Source: Eledone cirrhosa
Lineage: Eukaryota
Direction of reading: 5' to 3'
NCBI GenBank assembly: GCA_964016885.1
Contig: OZ024742.1
Location: 152,830,001-152,894,000 of the forward strand
Length of the DNA: 64,000 nucleotides
A program made the translations under genes and the position numbers. Below, piece by piece: positions 31,446-50,384 of the stretch. Within the stretch, counting starts at the first letter, position 1; each line of letters opens with the position of its first letter. Below the pieces are notes generated by a model. The model was not told where the DNA came from. It saw only the letters and a list, made by a program, of their open reading frames with translations, and made no database searches.

Positions 31446-31997
31446 ATATATATATATATGCTAAGGAGTTCACAAAATCATTTTGATTGCGGTGTTAGTA
31501 AATTCTTTACAATTTCGGTTTTAATATAAAAAGGTTAATTTATTTAATTACCACAATGTTTTATTCGATAATTCGATTGTTCGAACTGCCTGTTTTTATA
31601 ATGTAATTTACTTTAAAATTAACGCGAAACATTTCTATCACTGAAATTAACAGATATTTGTCGTATTGACATTTATCGAGGAGCTATAACCAAACACTTT
31701 TATCTAGATCTTACTTACAATACAATTTAATACAATCTTAAGCAAACAAATACAAATGTTTTATCGATAATTGCCTTCTTTGATATTTGAGAAATTTATA
31801 GTACGTAACGTATTATTACTCTTTCAAATTTACTGTCGTTGGTACAGTCGTGCTTTTATATCTGCCTCTAATAGTCAACCCCTTTATACAGTAATCTCTA
31901 GTGAATTGGTTGTTAATTAGAGTCCTTATATGAAATCTACACCCGCCTCTCTCTCTCCATATATATATATATATATATATATAAGTACATATATATA

Positions 31998-32037
<40 letters not shown>

Positions 32038-32804
32038 TATATATACACGCACACATAAATATGTGTGTATGTATAGATGTATAAATATATATTGTCCGAA
32101 ACATAAAGACTGTCTTCATACTACATCAAGCTTTGATGTTACATATTTCGACATTGCATTCTGTAGTTTACATCGTTGCATCAGTTTACCTTTTAAATAT
32201 ATATATATATATATATATACATGGAGAAGAATATGGAGAAACATGAAACAAGTCAGAGATCAACGGGAGGTAAAGTTTAGAAATCCAACAGCGTTGTCAA
32301 CGTACAGCCACAATTTATCTTTACTTTTCTTTAGGTGAACTGGTTAATCCAGAGTCAAGTATATTGTCAAAGAAACAGTTCTACGCTAGGAAAATATGAC
32401 TCAGGTGCTTTAGGTAGCTGTTTTGTAATATCGAGTGCCCCTCTTTTGCGGTTCATATCCCAATTTACAGGCCAGATTGGTTTGTATATATATATATATG
32501 TCAGTAACTGTCTCTCTCTCCCCCTCTCAGTCACACATACACATTAACATACACATTAATTTATATATATATATATATAGTAAGAATATTTTCGAAACAG
32601 CGAGTGGGTTTGAAATTATTAGAAATGTAAGCAATCGCCGTATTTTGACTAAAGAAATTAAAGAAAGTATTTAGCCTGATGGTGGGTTTAAGAACCCTCG
32701 GAGAAATGGAAAAAGATGAGTATTGACGTACAATACTCATCGATTTCCATTCAGCCGGCTCGTGATCTAGGTCGCATCCCAGCCCAGACCTCACGTCTGT
32801 CTGA

Positions 32805-32904
<100 letters not shown>

Positions 32905-32946
32905 TGATATATATATATTGATATATATATATTGATATATATATAT

Positions 32947-32992
<46 letters not shown>

Positions 32993-33018
32993 ATATATAT
33001 ATATATATATATATATTG

Positions 33019-33049
<31 letters not shown>

Positions 33050-33092
33050 TATATATATATATATATATTGATATATATATATATATATATAT

Positions 33093-37045
<3,953 letters not shown>

Positions 37046-37151
37046 ATATATATATATATATATTGATATATATATATATTGATATATATATATACATATA
37101 TTGATATATATATATATATATATATATATATTGATATATATATATATATAT

Positions 37152-37269
<118 letters not shown>

Positions 37270-37287
37270 ATATATATATATATATAT

Positions 37288-37319
<32 letters not shown>

Positions 37320-37322
<3 letters not shown>

Positions 37323-37648
37323 GATAAATCTACCAAGAGTTTACGGTAGTGTCCAATCCGTATGAAGAACTCAATGTAATCCGGATATCATGGAAAGAAG
37401 AGATGCAATGAAAAATCACTTTCGGTGAAAGATAAACGGAATACAGAGTCAAGATAAAATATTAAAAAAATAATGAATAAAACAATGAAACAGTTCCTTA
37501 TATTAAACAAAAAAAGTTCATTATTTAACGATCGTTATTGTTTTAATATTTTATATATAATGAATAAAACAATGAAACAGTTCCTTATATTAAACAAAAA
37601 AAGTTCATTGTTTAACGATCGTTATTTTTTAAATATTTTATATATATA
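37320..37648 (-). mobile_element. Family B 3' terminus with tail, plus a tandem duplication of about 87 bp
   Basis: Reverse complement resembles 21000-21177 and 28625-28690. It breaks at the HHR stem III palindrome AACGATCGTT. 37472-37558 is repeated at 37559-37648. Confidence 0.75.
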
Positions 37649-37650
37649 TA

Positions 37651-37753
<103 letters not shown>

Positions 37754-37772
37754 ATATATATATATATATATT

Positions 37773-38767
37773 AAAACAAATAACGAAACGAAATTAAATT
37801 TCGTTTCGTTTGTAACTCACATTTGTATGACTGACGCTTAAACAATTAAGTTAAAAATGTACATCCACATATGTATACTGAAATACTAGTATGCATATGA
37901 ATACATACACGTATACATATGTAGATGTACTGAGTTTTTCACTGGTCACTTTACTGTGAGTGTCCAGCTATTCTGTATGTAAACACACAGACAAACCGGT
38001 TTTTAGAGTCATACTGGTTTTTGAGGAAACACCTTTCCTCTATTCTCCAGAAAGCCAGACAAGGAATATTGAACTAGTTTCGATGTTGTTACATCTCATC
38101 AGCAATATTTACCTATCTTCCGGCCTCTCTAGAGAATCGTAAAAGCACATATCGTTATATGTTTTTTCTATGAAAATTAGTAGTGGGCAGACTAATTTGC
38201 ATAGAGCGTGAGTACGTACCGGTTCAACGGAGACGATAAAAACAAATAACGAAACGAAATTAAATTTCGTTTCGTTTGTAACTCACATTTGTATGACTGA
38301 CGCTTAAACAATTAAGTTAAAAATGTACATCCACATATGTATACTGAAATTTAATTTCGTTTCGTTATTTGTTTTTATCGTCTCCGTTGAACCGGTACGT
38401 ACTCACGCTCTATGCAAATTAGTCTGCCCACTACTAATTTTCATAGAAAAAGCATATAACGATATGTGCTTTTACGATTCTCTAGAGAGGCCGGAAGATA
38501 GGTAAATATTACTGATGAGATGTAACATCGAAACTAGTTCAATATTCCTTGTCTGGCTTTCTGGAGAATAGAGGAAAGGTGTTTCCTCAAAAACCAGTAT
38601 GACTCTAAAAACCGGTTTGTCTGTGTGTTTACATACAGAATAGCTGGACACTCACAGTAAAGTGACCAGTGAAAAACTCGGTACATCTACATATGTATAC
38701 GTGTATGTATTCATATGCATACTAGTATTTCAGTATACATATGTGGATGTACATTTTTAACTTAATT
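37773..38767. mobile_element. Retrozyme-like repeat with a unit of about 466 nt: 1.24 units (-) joined head-to-head to about 0.9 unit (+)
   Basis: caaataacgaaacg recurs at 37777 and 38243. HHRs at 38065-38109 (-) and 38505-38546 (+). Non-coding. Confidence 0.88.
38412..38419 (+). promoter_or_regulatory. Octamer ATGCAAAT in the retrozyme-like unit (mirror copy at 38195-38202)
   Basis: Exact octamer 100 nt upstream of the HHR core, conserved in the diverged family at 45183. Its function is inferred only. Confidence 0.45.
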
Positions 38768-38777
38768 ATATATATAT

Positions 38778-38923
<146 letters not shown>

Positions 38924-38946
38924 ATATATATATATATATATATTAT

Positions 38947-38986
<40 letters not shown>

Positions 38987-39303
38987 ATATATATATATAT
39001 ATATATATTGATATAATATATATATATATATATATACGTATTTAAGACAGCCACAACAATGCAAAGGGAAATCTCGAGGTAGGAAGTGAAATATAGATAG
39101 GAAAAACAGGTGAAAGTGCAAATTGAGAGAGACAAAGATGAAAACAAAACAAAGGTAGAAGGGTTACCGTAGTAGAGATTTAATCCCAATATTTCGGGCT
39201 CACGCCCATCAACGGGGGTAATGTTCCAAAAGGGGGGGAACAGGCCAAGCGGAGAAAGTTGTGATGTCGTTAAGACAGGAATGCCGTTAAGACAGGAATA
39301 TAT

Positions 39304-39339
<36 letters not shown>

Positions 39340-39527
39340 ATATATATATATATATATATAACAATATATTTAGAAACACACAGATACACGCGGACACACA
39401 CATATATACATGAATGCATCCGCATCCAACTGTGAGTTAAGGGTGCCAACTTCACCGATGTTGCTCAATGAATGACTGGGGCAGACCAATTCAGTTGAAC
39501 TAGACTGAACCAGTATCAGAGTTAAAA

Positions 39528-40072
39528 ATACATTATGAAGAGAGAAGAAACATTTAGATATAATTAGTAATAAAATGTATCATACCTAAACTGCTCCTAA
39601 ATTCCTCGACTACGTAGTTTCGTGGCATAAACAAAAACAATATATCATAAAGATATAGAGTCCTTGCGAGGTCTGCCGACTTATCAAGAGGATACCTCAT
39701 TTTACAAGTCTCAAGAACGCGTCTACACGACGTGAGAAAGAATCCCAAAAGGCGGAGGGGGAGATAGTCACGCGATATAACGGTCGAGAAACAGAGCTAA
39801 GCCTCTTATAACCCCGAAGAAAATACCACAGAGGCGGAGGGGGTATTTATATCGAGGCCGTAGAAGAGGTGGTAAAGAAGGCGAGAAGTATGAGTAATGG
39901 AAGCTTTCCAGCTGTCCCCACACCTCAAAGATTGCTCGACCCTATATCTTTATGATATATTGTTTTTGTTTATGCCACGAAACTACGTAGTCGAGGAACT
40001 TAGGAGCAGTTTAGGTTTGATACATTTTATTACTAATTATATCTGAATGTTTCTTCTCTCTTCATAATGTAT
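39528..40072. mobile_element. Inverted-repeat element (arms 39528-39658 / 39942-40072) with a U3-A8 HHR at 39603-39692 (-)
   Basis: Minus strand: tcctc TTGATAA gtcggca...tgccac GAAA CTACGTAG TC gagga. The right arm holds only the 3' half of the motif. Confidence 0.8.
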
Positions 40073-41630
<1,558 letters not shown>

Positions 41631-41631
41631 T

Positions 41632-42179
41632 AAACAAATAACGAAACGAAATTAAATTTCGTTTCGCTTCTAACTCACTTTTGTATGACTGACGCTTAAA
41701 CAATTAAGTTAAAGTGTACATCTACATATGTATACGGAAGTATTAGTATGCATATAAATACACACATGTATACATATGTACATGTACTCAGCTTTTCACT
41801 AGACACTTTACAGTGAGTGTCAGCTAGTCTGTATGTAACCACACAGGCGGACCGGGTTTTAGAGTCATACGAGTTTTCAAGGAAACACATTTCCTCTATT
41901 CTCCAGAGGAGAAATAAATATTGCTGATGAGATGTAATAACATCGAAACTAGTCCAATATTCCTGTCTGGCCCTCTGGAGAATAGAGGAAATGTGTTTCC
42001 TTGAAAACTCGTATGATTCTAAAACCCGGTCCGCCTGTGTGGTTACATACAGACTAGCTGACACTCACTGTAAAGTGTCTAGTGAAAAGCTGAGTACATG
42101 TACATATGTATACATGTGTGTATTTATATGCATACTAATACTTCCGTATACATATGTAGATGTACACTTTAACTTAATT
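41632..42179. mobile_element. Second palindromic insertion of the 466-nt family; canonical HHR at 41917-41961 (+)
   Basis: aatattg CTGATGA gatg-taataa-catc GAAA CTAG TC caatatt. Same two outer ends as 37773-38767. Confidence 0.88.
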
Positions 42180-42245
42180 ATATATATATTGATATATACA
42201 TATATATATATATTGATATAATATATATATATCTTTATATATATA

Positions 42246-42822
<577 letters not shown>

Positions 42823-42980
42823 ATATATATCCAGGGGGTGTAACTAGGAGTTACTGCAGGTTCACCCGGGTGAGCACTCGATGTTTAGGTTCACTTCTGT
42901 GATGATGTGTAGAGCTAGACAGAGTGTAATATATAGAAAGGATAATAAGGACGATTGATTATTCCTTCATTGCATTTATT

Positions 42981-43072
42981 GATAGGTGACCCGCGTTTCG
43001 CCACTGATCAGCTCAAGGTTCGATCTATATCGATCCTACCCGACTCAATAATCCGCAGCTCGACGGACCATC
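42981..43072 (-). ncRNA. Hammerhead-like motif with degenerate core
   Basis: gatggt CCGTCGA gctgc...gtggc GAAA CGCGGG TC acctatc. Confidence 0.5.
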
Positions 43073-43361
43073 CCAAAATGCTATAAGAAAATTTTCTTTT
43101 TATACTTTCTATATATATATATAACAAAGTGAGGTTTCACATTGGGGTTTTTATTGATTATACACAGTTACAATCTTTTCAAAGATGCGTGACTCAAGAC
43201 TTATATAAAAGCTATAGAGTCGAATCCAGCCCTATCTGTTCATTAAACGTGTTAATCAAACAAAGCCAAAATGTTATATACACACAATGTCTTAGCATAG
43301 AGTGATGAATCTGGTACCCGCTTCTGTAAACCATGAATCTACTGAATCACCTAATATTATT

Positions 43362-43521
43362 AGCGGTGGGTTGGCAGTATCGGTAGAGGGTCGGATGCCA
43401 TGCTTTGACGCATAGAGTTACGGCCTTTTCCATTCTGAGTTCAAATGCCGCCGAGGTTAACTTTGCCTTTCATCTTTACGGGTTTGATAAAATAAAGTAC
43501 CAGCAATGAACTGGGATAATT
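43362..43521 (+). mobile_element. SINE (same family as 1392), 3' end short
   Basis: A/B boxes and GCCTTTCATC..GATAAAATAAAGTACCAG. Confidence 0.85.
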
Positions 43522-44755
43522 GATGTCGTCTTCCTCCAGAAAACCTAAATATTTGTATTCGACTTCAGTGTCAATTTCCTTTATCATCTGACCTGTTGGT
43601 ACCTGGATTCCGTTGCTTCTGCTCAATTCACCCCTCTTCATCATATATCATTGCTGAAAATACGGACAGTGTCAACATGTACATCCAACTCTTCTCGCTC
43701 TTCCCAAATAGTTTAAGATCGTCCATGGAGCGGAGGTGGTTGATGGTAAACTCTCCTCTTCCCAGCTTGTATCCTGCTCTCACTTTTCGCAACATGACGG
43801 ACAGGGGTATCAGGCTAAGGACAAACAACAAAGGGAGCAATCTCTATCCCTGGAGATCTTCACGCCTTCCAAGGATTCGCCACCTGATGTTAGTTCTGTT
43901 TCCCAGGTCTTCATACTTTTACTTAATAGCTGTCTGATGTTATCTGCCACCTTGAAGATCTCTAGCCTTTTGGTTATCCAAGAATGATGTACCATGTCGA
44001 ATGCCTTTTTGTAATCCATCCCATGGCAAGACCAGTATGCCTCCTCTTGCAATTCCTCATTTCCATCTTATCAATAAGTAACTGTTCTTTTGCACTTCGA
44101 GACTTCTTTCAGCATCCTTTCTGTTCGTTGTTTATGTGGAGGTGATAATAGATTTCCTCAGACACAATCCTTGTTCATAATTTCCACATTACGGACAGAT
44201 ATGTGATAGGCCTATAGTTGGTAACATCATTACCCTTGATTCGGTCTTTCATTATCAGAACTGTGGTACCTTTTGTCAACCACTCTGGTACTTCACCCAA
44301 CATCAAGCAGTCATTGAACATGGATGTCAGTTTTGGGTGGAGGGGTGTTATATTTTTATCCAATACCCTTGCACATCATCTTGGCCTGGTGATTTCCAGT
44401 TGGTTGGTTTTTGGCCTGCCCTTTAAGAGTTTCAACTGTAATACTCAAATCAGGTTGTTGGTCTGCCTGTTCACTAATCTCCTTTTGAACTGTCTCAATC
44501 CACACTGCTTAACTATTGTGTTCAACATCCTGTTCCCATATTCCTCTCCATAATGTCTTCGTCTGTTCAGCCTCAGGAATCACGTCGTTACCTCTTTATT
44601 TCCCTTCAAGCTGTTCAAACAACATTTCTGGTTGTTGTCAAACATGCGGTTCTGTCTATACTGACTAACTCTGTTCTCATACCGCCTAATGTTTGCAATT
44701 TTTTATACAATGCATTGCTTCAGTTCCTCTATAACAACATTTAGCTCTTTTCCCC
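43522..44755 (-). pseudogene. Old R4/Dong-like RT fragment
   Basis: [66 protein letters not shown] in broken frames. Confidence 0.85.
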
Positions 44756-45040
44756 TAGCTTTTTTTATTTTATTTTCAATCTATTATTATTATTGTTAGT
44801 ATATATAATAAGTTCAGCATGGGTTTCACTGATAGTACCGTTTCTATCTCAGCGTACTCAATATTTAATGTTAAGTAAACTCCCTGAGTAGACATATAGT
44901 TATTTAGTTTAACACAACACATGTAAATGGGTACGTTCAATTTATACCCGTACTCGAGTTTCAGCCACACTTAATGCAGCAATCTACAGCCTGCATTCAT
45001 TATGCAACAATGGATAATCGCTGCCTGTTGTTTCATTAGC

Positions 45041-45520
45041 AGCCATCGTTGCGCTTTTGTTCAACACTGACAAAGGAACGATGAATTTATATTTAAATAT
45101 CAACCATACTAAGAGTGAGAAATGAAATTTCATTTTTTCCATTTCTCGTTTTCGGTACGCCCGTCCGACTAATTCACTCGATATGCAAATTAGGCTGCAC
45201 AGCAGTTAATATGCATAAGGAAAGTATATACTTTCAAACGTTCAATCGACTGACAGGAAGGTATACGGTGCTGATGACAGCTAGAAACTAGTTCATCGTT
45301 CCTTTGTCAGTGTTGAACAAAAGGGCAACGATGGTTGCCGAACACTGTACGGCTTAATTCGGGCTGTTTGTTTAAAAACAAACCGAACAATATAATAAAT
45401 GTTCGGTAAACCCATACGTACATATATATATAAATGTGTGTGCATGTATGTATGTATATGCATACTACTGTACGTCTGTATACATATATGTATATACGTA
45501 TACATACTTATATTTAAGTA
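45041..45520 (+). mobile_element. Retrozyme-like element related to the 466-nt family: octamer 45183-45190, minimal HHR 45265-45299, inverted 45-bp piece 45041-45085
   Basis: acggtg CTGATGA cagcta GAAA CTAG TT catcgt. 45041-45085 is the reverse complement of about 45292-45336. Confidence 0.75.
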
Positions 45521-45572
45521 TCAGCCGTTTTTTTTTCATTTATATATATTCATTTATATATATATTTGTTCC

Positions 45573-45631
<59 letters not shown>

Positions 45632-47804
45632 AAAGTTCTATTTAAATTGTTGGGATACAACAAGCAAATATTATTATAACTGATATAAAGCACTCGACAA
45701 ATATTTGGAGTAGATATACAATATTAATAAATGGAAACTATATTTATAAAACCATATTTATTTCATTATATATATTTCAAGGATACCAAGTTAAATCATG
45801 GTATGCCTTCATCAGACAAAATACAATATATAACAGTTTTACAAATAGATATTGACGTACCCTTTCGAAAAGGTGACCGTTGTTTTTGGAGGCCATCCGG
45901 ATAGTGGTTTGTTTACTTTAGTAAGTCATAGTTTAAGAGTAAGTAAAAATATGGAGAGACAGAGAAAAAAACGTGGAGAAAAGAAAGGGAAAGATAGATA
46001 AAGAAAAAGAAGAAAGCAAAAAGAAAAGAGAACAGAGGAAAAATAACGGGGAGATATCAAAGCATCAGACAGAGAAAGAACTCAAGAGAGAGAGATGCAG
46101 AGATAGAGAGAGGGGGGAGAGAACGAAAACCTTAAGTTATGTTATATTAAGTTGAGTTAACAATTGAGATGAAATGAATAAATAAAATTAGAAATATTAA
46201 TATTCGTGAATGGAATATAGATATATAATATGAGAAATTACACATTGTTTAATTATGATTATATATTTAGTTTAAAAATTTAGATCAATATATTAAAAAT
46301 TGGAATTTAAACATTATAAAATATATATATTGCTAGAGAGATTATCTATCGTACATAGGCAAGTTTACATAAATATATATATATACTCACTCACTCAGAA
46401 AATACACATTATATCTACTCCCGCACATAATGTATACATATAAAGCATAAGTGATTTTTTATTTATTGCTATACACTCCTTGTGTTATTAATTAAAAGAT
46501 TTTAGTATATATATATATAAAAATATACAGGATTAACTTTTCTGCATCTATGGCTGTTAAATTATGTATATCTGCAATCAAAAGCTGCATGAGTAAGCCT
46601 GTATATTCACACCAATAATTCTTAGCTATACATGAATAGATATGTGTGTGCATCTTCAATTGGTATACACGCGTCACTCATGCATATATACAGACAGACA
46701 TATAATCACAAAATAACCTATAACACATGTATATGTATGTCAACACACACATATAGATACATAAGCCGTACATAGACATAAGTATACATCAACATATAAC
46801 AGTACAATTGAGTATATAAAATACAAAAGGATTATATTTTGGAAATATAATTATATCAATATAACTTAAAAGGCAAACGAATTCTACAAACATCAAAATA
46901 CTAAAATATCCCAAAATATTATAGAATATTTCAAGTTAAAATAATATGTTTAATATATTTAGCATAGACATTTATCTTACATATATTTTAATCAAGACAT
47001 TGAGAGGACAAACTTTTGAAAATTATGAGAAGCTATCAGAATAAAAAAATAAATCTAATAAAAATTATGAGAAGCTATCAGAATAAAAACAAATCTAATA
47101 AAAAATAAAAAATAAAAAATAAAAAATAAAAAATAAAATGAATCTAATAAAAAAAATATAAATAAAATGAATCTAAGCTAAAAAAATAATATGTTTAGTA
47201 TAGAAATTTATCTTACGTATATTTTATTCCAGATATTGAAAGGAAAAACTTTTCTAGAATAGTTTATTATAATTATAATTATATTTATGAAGAAAAATGT
47301 ATACTTGGGAAAATGAAAAATGTGAAGGAATCTAATGATTTATCGACAGGTTTCTTATATTAATTAAATTATTTAATTAATTAAACTATATTTTAAATTT
47401 ATATTTATATTTAAACGTTGAGTTCAATCTATGTCTGCAGCAACTGAATAAATTATTTCTTAAATTAAGGGAATTTTTGGTATTTAATATAAAAAATATT
47501 TCCTCTATACAAAGATCACAATTTTCAGAAGAGGAATTAAAAGGAGTAGCTTATGAAATAATATTCCAAATCAACGAATATTCAACATTATCTCGTTTTA
47601 GGTCCCATAATAGGCTAAATAGCGATACAACAAGCAATATTATTATAACTGATATAAAGCACTCGACAAATATTTGGAGTAGTTATACAATATTAATAAA
47701 TAGAAACTATATTTATAAAACCATATTTATTTCATTATATATATTTCAAGGATACCAAGTTAAATCATGGTATGCCTTCATCAGACAAAATACAATATAT
47801 AACA

Positions 47805-48898
47805 TTTTTACACCTTAATCTAAAAGTAGAAATAGAGAATAACCAAAAAATAGTCAATTTTCTAGATGTAACACTAAATCTAAACACATGTCTTCATTAT
47901 CCATTTCACAAACTAAATGAGAACTTAAATTATATCAATTTTAACTCTAATCACCCTAGATCCATTAAAAATACTATAGTGAACTCGTTTCAAGAACGAA
48001 TTTCAAGAATTTCATCTAATAAGAATATATTTGATGAAAAAGCGCATTATTACAACGCAGCGTTAGGTAGAGCTGGGTATAGAAATAAAATTAAATACAT
48101 CGATAATAATAATAATATACAAAATAACCAAAATAATAACAACTTTAATTATGGTAACAATTTCAACAACTATAATAGAAAATATTACAATAACTCCAAA
48201 AGCCGAAAAAGAAATAGAACTAGGAATATATTATGGTTCGCTCCTCCTTTCTCACTAAATATTAAAACCCCTATTGCTAAACTATTCTTTAAAGCTCTTG
48301 ACAAACGATTCCCTAGAACACATAAATATTACTCAATTTTTAATAGACATACTATAAAATTAACTTACTCTTCCACCAAAAATTTAGCGCAAAATATTAA
48401 TAGAATTAATAATAGAAATTTAAAACCTAACCAAAATACCAATAACCTAAGCAATATTCAATCGAATAACTGTAACTTTCGAAATAAATCAAACCGTCCG
48501 TTAAATAACAACTGCTTAGCTAAAAATGTAGTTTATAATTGTAATGTTAAAACTAATTTAAATTCATTTATCTATGTCGGTTATACCTCTACAGAATTTA
48601 AATCCCGCTTCAATAATCATAGAAATTATTTTACAGATCCAAATAAAAAATCTTCACTTCGCTATTTAGCCTATTATGGGACCTAAAACGAGATAATGTT
48701 GAATATTCGTTGATTTGGAATATTATTTCATAAGCTACTCCTTTTAATACCTCTTCTGAAAATTGTGATCTTTGTATAGAGGAAATATTTTTTATATTAA
48801 AGACCAAAAATTCCCTTAATTTAAGAAATAATTTATTCAGTTGCTGCAGACATAGATTGAACTCAACGTTTAAATATAAATATAAATTTAAAATATAG
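47805..48898 (+). pseudogene. 5'-truncated Naiad-like RT/GIY-YIG coding region with a frameshift near 48657
   Basis: IVNFLDVTLNL, RNILWFAPPFS, VVYNC..YVGYT, then CDLCIEE..CCRHR in the shifted frame. Paralogous to 34223-35347. Confidence 0.9.
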
Positions 48899-49459
48899 TT
48901 TAATCAATTAAATAATTTAGTTAATATAAGAAACCTGTCGATAAATCATTAGATTCCTTCACATTTTTCATTTTCTTTGGTTAAGTACCCAAGTATAAAT
49001 TTTTCTTCATAAATATAATTATAAATATAATAAACTATTCTAGAAAAGTTTATCCTTTCAATACCTGGAATAAAATATACGTAAGATAAATTTCTATACT
49101 AAACATATTATTTTTTTAGCTTAGATTCATTTTATTTTTTTTTTTTTATTAGATTCATTTTATTTTTTATTTTTTATTTTTTATTTTTTATTTTTTATTT
49201 TTTATTTTTTATTTTTTATTTTTTATTTTTTATTTTTTATTTTTTATTTTTTATTTTTTATTTTTTATTTTTTATTTTTTATTTTTTATTTTTTATTTTT
49301 TATTAGATTTGTTTTTATTCTGATAGCTTCTCATAATTTTTATTAGATTTATTTTTTTATTCTGATAGCTTCTCATAATTTTCAAAAGTTTGTCCTCTCA
49401 ATGTCTTGATTAAAATATACGTAAGATAAATTTCTATGCTAAATATATTAAACATATTA

Positions 49460-50384
49460 AAAATTAGAATTAGAGCTCTGAAATAGCAATATATGTATGG
49501 ATGTATATATAATGTATTTTGCAGTACACTTTATGCTTAATTAAAAGCATTTTGAAGATCGTATGCTATTGTTTTAGAGTAGTGACAAATTCACTTACTT
49601 TAATCTCAGCAAACAGGGGAGATAAGCCGACAAGGCCTTGTTTCGCTTTTGTTGAAGCTTATCAAGGCTAACTAACCCTCCTGTCTACTGAGATTGCTGA
49701 TGTTATATTATTATAACGGTCTTCAAAATGCTTTTAATTAAGCATAAAGTGTATTGCAAAATACATTATATATACATCCATATATATATTGCTATTTCAG
49801 AGCTCCAATTCTAATTTTTAATTTCTGCCTGACCAACAATAGCTCTGTATAATCAGTTCCTGATTATTTACTAGAATTCTATAAGAATATAACATCAGTA
49901 ATCTCATTAGACAGGAGGGGTAGTTAGCCTTGATAAGCTTCAACAAAAGCGAACCAAGACCTTGTCGGCTTATCTCCCCTGTTTGCTGAGATTAAAGTAA
50001 GTGAATTTGTCACTACTCTAAAACAATAGCATACGGTCTTCAAAATGCTTTTAATTAAGCATAAAGTGTATGCAAAATACGTTATATATACATCCATATA
50101 TATATTGCTATTTCAGAGCTCCAATTCTAATTTTTAATTTCTGCCTGACCAAGAATAGCTCTGTATAATCAGTTCCTGATTATTTACTAGAATTCTATAA
50201 GAATATAACATCAGTAATCTCAGTAGACAGGAGGGGTAGTTAGCATTGATAAGCTTCAACAAAAGCGAAACAAGGCCTTGTCGGCTTATCTCCCCTGTTT
50301 GCTGAGATTAATGTAAGTGAATTTGTCACTACTCTAAAACAATAGCATACGGTCTTCAAAATGCTTTTAATTAAGCATAAAGTG
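49460..50384 (+). mobile_element. Retrozyme-like tandem repeat (316-317 nt unit, about 2.1 units + preceded by an inverted partial unit) with 14-bp TSD
   Basis: acggtcttcaaaatg at 49716, 50033 and 50349. HHRs at 49625-49669 (-), 49926-49970 (+) and 50242-50286 (+). TATTAAACATATTA at 49446-49459 and 50385-50398. Empty site in the mirror arm near 46940-46960. Confidence 0.92.

Noticed and set aside
39183-39222. HHR-like motif on the minus strand (CCGTTGA gggc-gtga-gccc GAAA), and another at about 52000-52041 (CTGATGA...GACA)
   Set aside because: Core mismatches plus weak stem I/III. They may be decayed ribozymes but are not supportable.
42831-42850. CAGGGGGTGTAACTAGG as a DNA transposon TIR
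   Set aside because: No partner inverted end or TSD was found.
47772-47804. [11 protein letters not shown] as the genuine N-terminus of a 304-aa protein
   Set aside because: It is antisense hammerhead sequence fused by the inversion junction to a truncated RT.
49716-50384. CRISPR-like array
   Set aside because: The context is eukaryotic and the units are full tandem repeats with no unique spacers.
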